Part shown: one piece after another, positions 35,187 to 44,105 of the stretch
Layout: every line of letters starts with the position of its first letter
Position numbering within the stretch: position 1 is the stretch's first letter
IMG/VR virus record: IMGVR_UViG_3300037483_001670
Coordinates: 96,001-160,000 of that record
Length of the DNA stretch: 64,000 nucleotides
From: a virus
Reading direction: 5' to 3' (one strand)
Translations under genes and position numbers: made by a program
The notes under the pieces: generated by a model
Database searches by the model: none
What the model was told of the DNA's origin: nothing
What the model saw: only the letters and a program-made list of their open reading frames with translations

Positions 35187-35267
35187 TGGAGCGCGGTGGA
35201 GTCGAACCACCTGCCGTAGGCCACCGGTTTACAGCCGGCTAGAGCTCCCGGGCTCTCTACGCGCTCC
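35187..35267 (-). tRNA. trnY: tRNA-Tyr(GTA)
   Basis: GCCGG-CTGTAAA-CCGGT, variable arm. Confidence 0.9.
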
Positions 35268-35501
35268 AGAAACGCCGAAGGCCGCTCTCAGTTTCCCGAG
35301 GCGGCCTTCACGTCGAACAACTTGAGTGAATGGCCGCCTTACGTATCCACCTCCGGATTGGCGAGCTGCTTTTCGGAGGTGGTATGCGCAGGTAGATAGC
35401 TAAAACCGCGCCCCGAAATGACACACCACGCCATCGCGAAGGGTGACCTTCGCAACGTCGATGTGGCTATCGAGAGCGCATTTCTTTGCATGACCCTGTT
35501 G

Positions 35502-35529
35502 ACGCTACCACAGCTACGAGGCACGTCAA
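35502..35529 (-). promoter_or_regulatory. sigma70-type promoter heading the tRNA array
   Basis: TTGACG-N16-TAGCGT on minus strand. Confidence 0.6.
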
Positions 35530-35553
35530 GTACCGAAGGAGTACGATCGTAAC

Positions 35554-35832
35554 ATGAGCGAAACAGGCCCCGACTTCACCGACGAACTTCCGCCGATTGT
35601 CATCCCGACGATCGGCCGCATCGTGCTGTACACCCTGACCAACGGCCCACACTCGGGCGAGGACCGACCCGCAATGGTCACGAAGGTTCTCGAACACGGC
35701 CAGCTCCACCTCAACGTCTTCACGTTGGGCGTCGACGACGGAGCGACCTACAGCAAGTCGCCCACTGTCACAGTTGCCGAGCCGAGCCGCCACCGCGACT
35801 TAGGCAAGTGGCACTGGCCCGCACGCGTATGA
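35554..35832 (+). CDS. conserved small phage protein, probably leaderless
   Basis: PTIGRIVLY...RPAMVTKV...WHWPARV; TACGAT-N6-ATG. Confidence 0.8.
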   Translation: MSETGPDFTDELPPIVIPTIGRIVLYTLTNGPHSGEDRPAMVTKVLEHGQLHLNVFTLGVDDGATYSKSPTVTVAEPSRHRDLGKWHWPARV

Positions 35833-36008
35833 GCAAAAAGACGTACGATCGGTTCGTTGACTTTGCGATGTCGCGCGGAGCTCACGCCTCCACTCCGCGC
35901 GGCATCGCGCTTTTTCAGCAGTACATCTGCGCCATGCTCGACAAGCTCGCGGAGGGCGGCAGCCCTCACGTCCCCGCCACCGGCCAGCGCGTCTTCTCGG
36001 GCATCTAG
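35829..36008 (+). CDS. hypothetical protein
   Basis: ATGA overlap. Confidence 0.55.
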   Translation: MSKKTYDRFVDFAMSRGAHASTPRGIALFQQYICAMLDKLAEGGSPHVPATGQRVFSGI

Positions 36009-36061
36009 TCTCACCGACCGACAGCGGAGAAGCAACGTGGCTCCTCGAGCATCCGGACGAC

Positions 36062-36268
36062 GTGCGCGTGACGACGCGCGACGAGGATTGGTTCGGGTGG
36101 GCCGAAGGCAAGCACGTCGAGATCATCGTGCGGCGCGCGGAGGCAGCACCGGCTGCTTCCCGTGGCCGTGCTGCGTCGCGTACATCAAAACCCAGTAAGA
36201 AGTCCGCGCAGGCTGCGAGCACTGCTTCCGCGAAACGTCGCCGCAAGCGCGGCAATGGAAGTGAATGA
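36062..36268 (+). CDS. small basic protein
   Basis: 68 aa. Confidence 0.45.
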   Translation: MRVTTRDEDWFGWAEGKHVEIIVRRAEAAPAASRGRAASRTSKPSKKSAQAASTASAKRRRKRGNGSE

Positions 36269-36337
36269 AGTACCGCGAGTACGCGTCGGTCGTCGTCGCG
36301 TAGAGGACGTGCTCCAGGTTCGGAACGGCGACCCAGT

Positions 36338-36784
36338 TCAGCTGGGGCCTCCCGCTGGCTGCGCCGCGGCGCCGTTGGTCGCCGGCGGCTGATCCGGCGC
36401 GGCCGCGGGGACCACCTCGATCGACCGGAAAAGCTCGAGGGCGCGCACCCTCTTCGATTCCGCTTCGCCGGCCTTCGCGAGCGCGACGGTCATCGTATCG
36501 AGGAGCTCGTGGTTCGGGTTGACCATCACGTGCCGGCAGATGTCGAGCAGATCGGTCACCGCCTTGTAGGCCGCGATGCGCTTCTGCCGCCCGATCTCCT
36601 TCAAGAGATCGTCCGGGTCCGGCACGCCATCCGCGTCCGCCGACGCCACCGGCGGCCGACGATTGGGCAGCACTCGACGGACGACGTGCATGACGGCGGA
36701 GGCCGCCACGCCGACGGCGGCGAACCCGAGAAGACTGGACGCGAAGACCGCGTCGCGGACCTGACCACGGTTGGAGGGCGACAT
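36338..36784 (-). CDS. N-terminal TM hypothetical protein
   Basis: AVFASSLLGFAAVGVAASAVM. Confidence 0.6.
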   Translation of the reverse strand: MSPSNRGQVRDAVFASSLLGFAAVGVAASAVMHVVRRVLPNRRPPVASADADGVPDPDDLLKEIGRQKRIAAYKAVTDLLDICRHVMVNPNHELLDTMTVALAKAGEAESKRVRALELFRSIEVVPAAAPDQPPATNGAAAQPAGGPS

Positions 36785-36794
36785 CCCCGACACC

Positions 36795-37184
36795 CTACCC
36801 CGACTTGGTCGGAAATTCAGCTTCCTCGGCTGCCGTAAAGCCGTAGTCGCGACCATCGTACTCGGGCCTATCGGTCTCCATCCCCGCTTCCTTGGCGCTG
36901 TGCTCCCTCCAAAACTGCCGCACCTCGCCGAGGCCGTCGATGACGGGCTTGAGGCCACGCATGCCCTTGCCGCGCGAGCGCGCCTTGACGCCGATGAGCT
37001 CGTCGAGCGCCCCGTCGATCATGGAGAGCGACACCGCGTGCCGCATGCCGGTCGACGCGAGCGCGTAGACCATCGACGATTGCCCGCCGTGCCAATCGAA
37101 GAGCCGCTCGACCAGCGTGTCCGGGAGGACGATCTGGCGCTTGCGCCAAGCCGTCTCGTGGGTTCCGTTCCTTTTGGCTGCCAT
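36795..37184 (-). CDS. hypothetical protein
   Basis: GGAGG RBS, 129 aa. Confidence 0.7.
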   Translation of the reverse strand: MAAKRNGTHETAWRKRQIVLPDTLVERLFDWHGGQSSMVYALASTGMRHAVSLSMIDGALDELIGVKARSRGKGMRGLKPVIDGLGEVRQFWREHSAKEAGMETDRPEYDGRDYGFTAAEEAEFPTKSG

Positions 37185-37193
37185 CGCGACCTC

Positions 37194-37436
37194 CTACTTG
37201 TCGAACCGGAGCCGCATGCGCTCCTCCCAATCGGCACGCATCGAGAGAAGGAGAGGGTCCGCGTCGTGGATGCGCTGGATCTGCGCGACCGGGTCCATAC
37301 CGGCCGAGGCGAACGCCGCTGCGGCCCCGAGCGACATTTCGAGCACCTTGACGACGGTGCCGACGGGCCCGCTCACGTGCGGCGAGAGCGCCGAAACCCC
37401 GCTATGAAGCTTCTCGAGAACCGTCACCAGATCCAT
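37194..37436 (-). CDS. hypothetical protein
   Basis: 80 aa. Confidence 0.6.
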   Translation of the reverse strand: MDLVTVLEKLHSGVSALSPHVSGPVGTVVKVLEMSLGAAAAFASAGMDPVAQIQRIHDADPLLLSMRADWEERMRLRFDK

Positions 37437-37866
37437 GATTTCCTCCCGAACAAAGCACGCCGGCAATCGGCGCTATTTTGATGTCGTCGCGCTTCGGCAA
37501 GAGCGGCGCGAGCTGGCAGAACGCCCGTTCCACGGCGCTGTACGCGGCCGTCGTGTCGCCACCCTGCTCGAGAATCTTCGCCCAGGCGTCCTCGGCGATG
37601 GAAAGCGCCTTGTGCGCGTTCCACATGGGCTGCCACTTCGCTTCGATGGCGACGAGCCACATCTTTGCGGTGGCCTTGTCAGGGGCGCGGTCGATGGCGT
37701 CGTTGCCCTCTTTTTGCTCCATGTCGCGGAGCAGTGGCGTGAGCGCGTTGACGCTCGCCGCGATCGTGTTCGCGGCTTTCGTCTGCACTTCGATCGACTT
37801 CGGGCCGCAACCCGGCGAGAGGATGAGCACCGCAGCAAACACGATCGCACTAAGGAATCTGCGCAT
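37402..37866 (-). CDS. lipoprotein (possible o-spanin-like)
   Basis: MRRFLSAIVFAAVLILSPG-C lipobox; GGAGG RBS. Confidence 0.7.
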   Translation of the reverse strand: MRRFLSAIVFAAVLILSPGCGPKSIEVQTKAANTIAASVNALTPLLRDMEQKEGNDAIDRAPDKATAKMWLVAIEAKWQPMWNAHKALSIAEDAWAKILEQGGDTTAAYSAVERAFCQLAPLLPKRDDIKIAPIAGVLCSGGNHGSGDGSREAS

Positions 37867-38134
37867 TTTCGCCTCCAACTTGCTCGTCGAGCCAAGCAAA
37901 CGGGTTGATCAGGTACTTGTACGGCTCGAGGTCGACGATCATGGACAAGCCGTAGAGGACGGCCGCGCCGGCGCCGAACTTGATCATATTCTTGCGCGCG
38001 TCGTCCTCCATCCCCTCGACGAACAGGTGATGGAACGCGTGGTAACCGATCCCGACGCCGCCGATAAGACCCATGGCGATGAGCAGGAGCTGTTTGTCCT
38101 CTGCCGTCGGGTTGATGACACCAAGACCGTTCAC
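37850..38134 (-). CDS. 2-TM membrane protein starting MNGLG
   Basis: GTG start; two hydrophobic helices. Confidence 0.65.
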   Translation of the reverse strand: MNGLGVINPTAEDKQLLLIAMGLIGGVGIGYHAFHHLFVEGMEDDARKNMIKFGAGAAVLYGLSMIVDLEPYKYLINPFAWLDEQVGGENAQIP

Positions 38135-38187
38135 CGCGCCGGACGGCCGACACGTTTGCCCGGGTGAGCTCGGGTCGGTTGTCCAGT

Positions 38188-39048
38188 TCATGGAAGCGGC
38201 GGCCGTTGGTTGCAACCCGCTTCCGCCGCGGTAAGCGCACGTTCGGTTGCCACGAGGCTCGGACGAATCGCTTCGTCGCGCCACGATCGCATCCCGTCGT
38301 CGACGACAAACGGAGAACCCACCGGAGCCGCCGCGTCACTAAAGGAGACCGGCAGCCAATAGTCGCCGTCCGCGCTGGCGTGCAGACCCAGCAAGAACTC
38401 GAGAAACGGATTGCGACCACCGATCCAACCGTTCGCGTCTCTCCGCACCGCATCCAGAACGATGCGAACTTTGTCGTTCCTCCGGTCGTGGCATTTTCGA
38501 TAGTAGTCGCTCCGTTCTTGGTCAGTCAGCGCATCGATCGCAGCTCCAACTTCGCGTTCGAGAAGACGATCGTCCGTGCTGAGACCTTCGATCGCGTCCG
38601 CCACATGACCTGTCGCGCGCAAAGCTACCGCTGTCTCAGCAGCCAAAAGCTGCAATTTCGCAAACGGCACCAAACTCGCCAAATGCAGCTCCGGTCCAGG
38701 TCGGGAAATGTACAGCTGGTTGCGACGAGCCTCGGCCAGATATTCACCGTCGGCCGCGCGTCGTGTCGGCGGCACCAACGCAGTTTCATCCACCGCGATC
38801 CGCCCGAACGCATCGAACTGCCTCACCCGACCGAGCGCATCCTCTCGCGTCCCAGCTGGCATCAACTGCTCACCACCAATCGGCACATTGGCGATCTCCT
38901 GCGGCGCTGTCGCCACCATGGGCAGCGGCTGTGGCTCCACCTCGACAGCCCCTCCAAGCCGCATCGCGATCACCGATAGCACCGTACCAACGCCGTACCG
39001 CGCCAAAAGATCATCGATCTCTTTTTTGCCTTTTGCGTCGAGCATCAC
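38188..39048 (-). CDS. hypothetical protein
   Basis: 286 aa, AGGGAG RBS. Confidence 0.7.
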   Translation of the reverse strand: MMLDAKGKKEIDDLLARYGVGTVLSVIAMRLGGAVEVEPQPLPMVATAPQEIANVPIGGEQLMPAGTREDALGRVRQFDAFGRIAVDETALVPPTRRAADGEYLAEARRNQLYISRPGPELHLASLVPFAKLQLLAAETAVALRATGHVADAIEGLSTDDRLLEREVGAAIDALTDQERSDYYRKCHDRRNDKVRIVLDAVRRDANGWIGGRNPFLEFLLGLHASADGDYWLPVSFSDAAAPVGSPFVVDDGMRSWRDEAIRPSLVATERALTAAEAGCNQRPPLP

Positions 39049-39069
39049 ATCTCTCCCTTATCGAAGGCC

Positions 39070-39357
39070 CTACGGAACGCGTCCCTGCGCGGTCACCTTG
39101 ATCTCGAAGCGCTGAAACACCGACGCCTCCGGGTCCTCGTCGTACTGCTCGACCGCGTCGTCCCCGCCATACCACTTCGCCCCGGCTCGGCTCCAAACGA
39201 GCACGTCGAGCACCGACGTGCCGCGGTCTCCGGTGGTCTCAAGTGTGGCGGCGACGCTGATCGCGAAGCCGGCCGCCTCGTCGAACTTCTTGAACGTGCG
39301 CTGCTTGCCTCGCGCGTCGTCCACCGCGAACTCGACATCCTTGTGCGTCGTTGCCAT
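39070..39357 (-). CDS. hypothetical protein
   Basis: GAGGTG RBS. Confidence 0.7.
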   Translation of the reverse strand: MATTHKDVEFAVDDARGKQRTFKKFDEAAGFAISVAATLETTGDRGTSVLDVLVWSRAGAKWYGGDDAVEQYDEDPEASVFQRFEIKVTAQGRVP

Positions 39358-39360
39358 CGT

Positions 39361-39903
39361 TCACCTCAATCCGGCGGGGCGCTCTTCGCCACCGCTGAAG
39401 CACTGGAGCATGCAATCCCCGCAGTAGCCGATCTTCCGACCGGTCACCAGCTCGGCAATGCTGTCGGCCGACCACTCGATCTGGTCGCGCGTACGATCTC
39501 GCCAAAGCCGCTGCCACGTGCGATGCCGCTTCGTATCCTCGGGCGTGACCCACACGGGCGACCCGGTGCCTTGAGGTGGCGTCATCCAATGCGCCGGGTA
39601 CGCATGATCGGCCGCGTGCCCGAACTCGTGCGCGAGAATCGCCACGAGCGTCTGCACGGGCAGGGAGACGATGTCCGGCGCGTAGTACATGACGCGCCCG
39701 TCGTCGCGCGTCGCTGCGAAATGACGGCCGTCGCAACCGGGCAACTTCGAGCCGCCTCGCCCCACCTTGGGATCGATGATGAACTTGATCTTCTTCAGAC
39801 GATCGAGCTTCACGCCGGGCGCTGGCGAGTACGCCAGAAAAACGTCGCGCACCGCATCGAAATGCGGCTGGAGCACGGCGTAGACGATCTCCTCGAGCTT
39901 CAC
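39361..39903 (-). CDS. HExxH metallopeptidase-like protein
   Basis: LVAILAHEFGHAADH. Confidence 0.7.
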   Translation of the reverse strand: MKLEEIVYAVLQPHFDAVRDVFLAYSPAPGVKLDRLKKIKFIIDPKVGRGGSKLPGCDGRHFAATRDDGRVMYYAPDIVSLPVQTLVAILAHEFGHAADHAYPAHWMTPPQGTGSPVWVTPEDTKRHRTWQRLWRDRTRDQIEWSADSIAELVTGRKIGYCGDCMLQCFSGGEERPAGLR

Positions 39904-40802
39904 ATCACCGGCCCTGCCCAGCCGTGCGCCTGAAACCACCCGGCACGATTCAGGACGTCGACCGAGTAGTCTCGCCCCGTCGTGTAGTAGTCGATGTCGA
40001 GGTTTGCGTTGAGGGCGCGCACCACGTTGCCCCCACCGCAGTTGTACGCCGCGAGCGAGGCACGAAGGAGACCGAGGCCGCGAATGGCGGTGCGGTCGTG
40101 CATGAACTTCCACATCCCGTTGAGCACGCCCGCGCCGTAGCGAATGTTCGCGGCCGCGTCCTGCCAGTTACCCGTCCGCGCAAACTCGTGCGCGTCGAAG
40201 TCGATCTGGAGGAGTCCGCGGCCGTACCCGGTGTTGCCCGGCGGGAGCGCCGCTGTCCGGAACTTCGACGGGAATCGCCGCTTCGTGAAGTCCCCCGTAC
40301 CGGTCGGACCGACAGGACGGAGCTGTAGGCCCCACCCGCTCTCCCGCGACCCGATCCCCGCAAGGACGCACGGCGCGACCCAGTCGTTGCTCGTGCGTCC
40401 CGCTGCGTCGACGACCAGATCGCGGTACTTCTCCGCCTGCTCGAGCTGGCGAATGAGCCCGGGCGAGTCGAGCTCGAAGGTCGTCGTCAGCACCGGATCG
40501 GTGTTGAGGAGACGGCTCCACGTAAGGGCCCCCACGATGCCGTCATCGGAGAGTTGGCACTCCGCTTGGAAATGCCGAACGGCCGCATCGGTCCCACGCC
40601 CGAAAAGCCCGTCCAGCTCGATCCGCATGCCGTGCTCGTTCAAGAGCCGCTGAAGCCGCTCGACGTCCGGACGAAGGTTCGGCGACGTATGGTCGTAGCC
40701 ATCGAAGAGACGCAGCATCGGAAATGCCTCCGTCCCGCCGCCGTTTGCCGCTCCGTCCCGCGGCGTGATCGGCGGCTCTTCCTCTGTCGCTTCGTCGACC
40801 AT
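39900..40802 (-). CDS. modular endolysin: peptidoglycan-binding domain + lysozyme-like domain
   Basis: DVERLQRLL...DGLFGRGTDAAVRHFQ...LSDDGIVGALTW; GIGSRESGWG...GYGRGLLQID...AAYNCG. Confidence 0.92.
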   Translation of the reverse strand: MVDEATEEEPPITPRDGAANGGGTEAFPMLRLFDGYDHTSPNLRPDVERLQRLLNEHGMRIELDGLFGRGTDAAVRHFQAECQLSDDGIVGALTWSRLLNTDPVLTTTFELDSPGLIRQLEQAEKYRDLVVDAAGRTSNDWVAPCVLAGIGSRESGWGLQLRPVGPTGTGDFTKRRFPSKFRTAALPPGNTGYGRGLLQIDFDAHEFARTGNWQDAAANIRYGAGVLNGMWKFMHDRTAIRGLGLLRASLAAYNCGGGNVVRALNANLDIDYYTTGRDYSVDVLNRAGWFQAHGWAGPVM

Positions 40803-40806
40803 GGAT

Positions 40807-41325
40807 TCAGCGCCCTTGCTGAAGTGCCGCGTTCGCCATCATCTGGGCGGTGGCGTACGAGATCTTCGACACGTACTCCTCGCCCTTGGCGTCGATCCAG
40901 CCCATGCGCCTCGCTTTGCGCAGGAGCTCGTCAGCCTCTTCCGGCGTGAACATGGGGCCAACGATGTTGCGGCAGCCCGAGCACGTTTGCACCGGCCACC
41001 AGGCCTGCTGCTGCTGGCTGTAGCGCCACTCGGTCACCTCTTGCAGCACCGGCGGGAGCCGCTGCGCCGCCGCGTACCGCGCGACTTCCTGCGGCGGCAC
41101 GTTGTACTTGATCGCCACGAGCTCGGGGTACTCGACGGTGAGCCGAAGGGGGCGCGGGCATCCGCGGCACTGCATTTCGACAGCCACGCCGTGCTGCGTC
41201 GCCTGCGTGCGGACGCTGTCGTGGGCTTTCAGCCCGCCGTCTTGCCCCGCGATGTTCGGCTCGCTCGCTCCGAAGATTCCGTCGGAACGGTTGATGATGT
41301 CTCCAAATCCATCGAACTGGCTCAT
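40807..41325 (-). CDS. Zn-binding hypothetical protein with N-terminal GFG motif
   Basis: MSQFDGFGDI...DGIFG; CRGC, CSGC. Confidence 0.75.
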   Translation of the reverse strand: MSQFDGFGDIINRSDGIFGASEPNIAGQDGGLKAHDSVRTQATQHGVAVEMQCRGCPRPLRLTVEYPELVAIKYNVPPQEVARYAAAQRLPPVLQEVTEWRYSQQQQAWWPVQTCSGCRNIVGPMFTPEEADELLRKARRMGWIDAKGEEYVSKISYATAQMMANAALQQGR

Positions 41326-41660
41326 GGCTTGTCTCCCTTTGTGGCGTCAGGTGGCGGCTTCGACGGCAACGTCTGCAATTCCGGGTTGGTACGGAGGGCG
41401 TCCCGAAGTACGTCCCGCGTAGGATCCACCGGAGCAGGCGATGCGGCCAAAATCCACTTGAGGTTACCAGGAACCTTGGCGGCCGTCAGGATGCAAAGCC
41501 GGTCGATCACGAGCCAGAAAAGCCGCACGATCGGCTTCTGCTCTTCGTTCGGGAGCGGCCGCGGCGCGAAATTCGCAACGAGCCACACGGTCACGACGAA
41601 CGCGCCGAACCAATGGGTCTGGAGCCACGGAACGGTACTTGCCCAATTCATGACATACAC
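41322..41660 (-). CDS. holin-like membrane protein
   Basis: two hydrophobic segments, upstream of endolysin. Confidence 0.5.
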   Translation of the reverse strand: MYVMNWASTVPWLQTHWFGAFVVTVWLVANFAPRPLPNEEQKPIVRLFWLVIDRLCILTAAKVPGNLKWILAASPAPVDPTRDVLRDALRTNPELQTLPSKPPPDATKGDKP

Positions 41661-41855
41661 CTAATTTTTCCGGGTTAGCTTGCCTAACTTTTGCCGTGCC
41701 GGCCGAGGCGGGGGCGGACGGCGCGTGACCAACTCTTTCACTTCCCCCGCCAAATCGTCAGCTTTCATGAGCCCCTGAAGGCTCGGTTCGACGGCATTCA
41801 CGAACGCCGGGCGCACCGAACCACCGCGCGAACTTTTGCGCTCCGCCATGATCAC
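41661..41855 (-). CDS. small basic protein
   Basis: ATGA overlap. Confidence 0.5.
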   Translation of the reverse strand: MIMAERKSSRGGSVRPAFVNAVEPSLQGLMKADDLAGEVKELVTRRPPPPRPARQKLGKLTRKN

Positions 41856-42229
41856 GTGTCGTCCTCCCTCCCGCCGAGCCGCCCCTTGATCCAGCCGAGC
41901 CGCGCCAGGATGGTTTCGATCTTACCGCCCGCGAGCTGCGTGTAGCTCCGAAATTCATCGTCGGTGACCACCTCGCCCCTGAACTCGTCCATGGCCCGGC
42001 GGAAGTCCTCGAGCTCCTCGATGCGTCGCATGAGCTCGGCCATCGTGGGCGCCCCCTCGGTGATCGACTGCCGCGGACTGACGAGCTTCTCGAGCGCCTC
42101 GACCTTCGAAGTAAGTATCGCGATACGCGCGTCGATCGGAGCGGTCAGCAACTTGTAGACGACCCCGAGCGCCGAGCCGTTGGCCAGCACCCACGTGGCG
42201 ACGTACCCGACGATCGCTTCCGATGCCAT
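41852..42229 (-). CDS. N-terminal TM + coiled-coil protein (holin/i-spanin-like)
   Basis: AIVGYVATWVLANGSALGVVY then heptads. Confidence 0.6.
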   Translation of the reverse strand: MASEAIVGYVATWVLANGSALGVVYKLLTAPIDARIAILTSKVEALEKLVSPRQSITEGAPTMAELMRRIEELEDFRRAMDEFRGEVVTDDEFRSYTQLAGGKIETILARLGWIKGRLGGREDDT

Positions 42230-42233
42230 CTCC

Positions 42234-42542
42234 CTAATCCAACTTCGACCAGGCCGCGCCGGTCCACTGCGCGCTGACGCCGGCACCAGCCGCGACGGTC
42301 GCACCCAATAGGGTGAACGACTGGCTGCCGACGTTGTTGACGGTCACCCAGAGTCCGGCGGCCGTGTTGGTCGGATTCGGTAGCGAGAGCGCCTGGCCCG
42401 CCGTCGTCTGGTTCACGTTGAACGTGGGCGCCAGATCAACCGTCGCCGCAGCCGTACCAATCGCGCCACCACCGGCAAGGTTACCGATCGGGATCACCCG
42501 AAGGCGGTTGCCTAGGCTGCCAAAGTTCGCATTGACCGGCAT
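42234..42542 (-). CDS. small beta-rich virion protein candidate
   Basis: Ala/Gly/Thr-rich, 102 aa. Confidence 0.7.
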   Translation of the reverse strand: MPVNANFGSLGNRLRVIPIGNLAGGGAIGTAAATVDLAPTFNVNQTTAGQALSLPNPTNTAAGLWVTVNNVGSQSFTLLGATVAAGAGVSAQWTGAAWSKLD

Positions 42543-42557
42543 CGCATCAACCTTTCT

Positions 42558-43229
42558 CTAGCGCGCCGTGCCGCCAGCGAGCGCAATCGCAATCGTCCCC
42601 GGTGTGCCCACCACCCCCGCCTCCGCGGCCAACATGCGCACGGTGGTCGCGCCTCGCGGAATGCGCACCGGGATCACGTAGTCGATGGCACCGGCACCCG
42701 CCGGAATCGGACCGGCCAGTTCCTGCATGTAGAACTGCTGTCGGCCCTGGGGCGCCGTTGGTACAATCGTGGCGTCGACCGTGATGTCCTGCCCTTCTTC
42801 GGTGCCGTTACCGAAGAGCACGTGGAAGATCGGGAAGCCTCCCGCCGCGCCACGGGTATACGTCACCCAGAACGCGATCTCTCCGACCCCGCTCGACACG
42901 GCAAACGCAGCCTGAGCGGTGAACGCGCCTGCGGCAGGCAGAGCTGCCGAGGCGAGATGCACCGTGCGCGCGAACTCGTTGCCGCCGATCTTGAGATCGA
43001 AGAGGGTCGAAGCGACCGAGCCGATTCGCACGCGGTTCCAGCCATCGGTCGCGTTGAAACCCATGCCGCGCGAACCAATGAGCGGCACCAAGGCCGCGTT
43101 GGTCATCGCATCCGCCAGTGTCACGGCCGCGGCAACCGCGACGCTGCCCCACTGCGTGATGTTGACGGCGCTCGGCGAGCCCGACGTGCCGGTCAGCCGT
43201 TGTAGCCTTTCTTGAAATCGGTTGCTCAT
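42558..43229 (-). CDS. beta-rich virion protein candidate (jelly-roll-like C-terminal part)
   Basis: alternating beta-strand pattern, 223 aa. Confidence 0.65.
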   Translation of the reverse strand: MSNRFQERLQRLTGTSGSPSAVNITQWGSVAVAAAVTLADAMTNAALVPLIGSRGMGFNATDGWNRVRIGSVASTLFDLKIGGNEFARTVHLASAALPAAGAFTAQAAFAVSSGVGEIAFWVTYTRGAAGGFPIFHVLFGNGTEEGQDITVDATIVPTAPQGRQQFYMQELAGPIPAGAGAIDYVIPVRIPRGATTVRMLAAEAGVVGTPGTIAIALAGGTAR

Positions 43230-43244
43230 CGCCTCTCCACTCCC

Positions 43245-44066
43245 TTACGTGGCCACGCCGATATTGATCATCACTCCGATGTCGGGACTTCCCTCGAAGA
43301 AGCGCAGCACGCCCAGATCGCTCGTAGTAAAATCCCAGGTGACGCCCGCGCCGTCGGTCGCCGGCCGAATGAAACCGATCAACAGTTCATCGCCCTGGGC
43401 TTGCAACTCGTGGACGACGTACGACGGAAACAAGTTGTTGATGAGCCCAACACGTTGCTGTGCGAAAGTGGCAGGCGCCCCCAGCGCCACAGGCGCAATC
43501 GGGATGTTCGGGAAAAGAGTGCCAGGGGAGCTTGCGCCTGCGCCGGCACCGTCCGTCACCCGAAACTTCTCCGATACCATGTCCCCCGCCTGAACGAGCG
43601 GATACTGCGTAACGTTGTCGACGGCGAGCCCGAGGACCACATCGCTGTACTGCATGATCGATCCCTGCGCAGCCATCGGGATCAGGAACTCGTTATTTCC
43701 TTGCAAATTTTGCATAGGAAAATGAAACGGAATGCGCTGGTTGCGGTAGTCGAACACATTGCGCTGCCGCCAGCCGATACACCAGTCGTACGGCAAGATG
43801 TCGCCGAAACCGATTCCAGGCGACGGAATGATCGGCAGCCAAATCGACACGCGGGCCCCGAACGGCACGGGCAGACCACGCAGCAGGCCCGCGTTGTATC
43901 CGGGCAATCCCGCCCTGCCATCGAAAGGAACGCCGCCCTCGGTCACCATGATCGGCCGAGTGACGGACTGACCCTGGTACCGCGTCGTGTAACCGGTGTA
44001 CGGACGCAGAATGCTCGTCACACCAAACTGCGGATCATTCAGAACCGGAACCGCTTCTCCGCTCAT
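43245..44066 (-). CDS. beta-rich virion protein candidate (possible penton/minor capsid)
   Basis: 273 aa, Pro/Gly and beta-strand pattern; GGAGTG RBS. Confidence 0.6.
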   Translation of the reverse strand: MSGEAVPVLNDPQFGVTSILRPYTGYTTRYQGQSVTRPIMVTEGGVPFDGRAGLPGYNAGLLRGLPVPFGARVSIWLPIIPSPGIGFGDILPYDWCIGWRQRNVFDYRNQRIPFHFPMQNLQGNNEFLIPMAAQGSIMQYSDVVLGLAVDNVTQYPLVQAGDMVSEKFRVTDGAGAGASSPGTLFPNIPIAPVALGAPATFAQQRVGLINNLFPSYVVHELQAQGDELLIGFIRPATDGAGVTWDFTTSDLGVLRFFEGSPDIGVMINIGVAT

Positions 44067-44105
44067 GTCGCCACTCCATTCAAAACAGGAACCGCATTCA
44101 TCCGA

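Larger units (their letters stand above)
3974..35553. promoter_or_regulatory. dispersed palindromic operator/-10 motif GTTAC-N4-GTAAC, 11 copies
   Basis: 3974,10826,15062,21359,21474,24198,30345,31878,33507,33776,35540 (14 bp each), all intergenic, just 5' of genes or tRNAs. Confidence 0.8.

Noticed and set aside
17689-35267. Stop-codon reassignment or suppressor tRNA
   Set aside because: No CTA/TTA/TCA anticodon found; genes terminate normally at TAG, TGA and TAA
43245-44066. Major capsid protein call
   Set aside because: Beta-rich but no motif recognisable by eye; left as a candidate pending structure search
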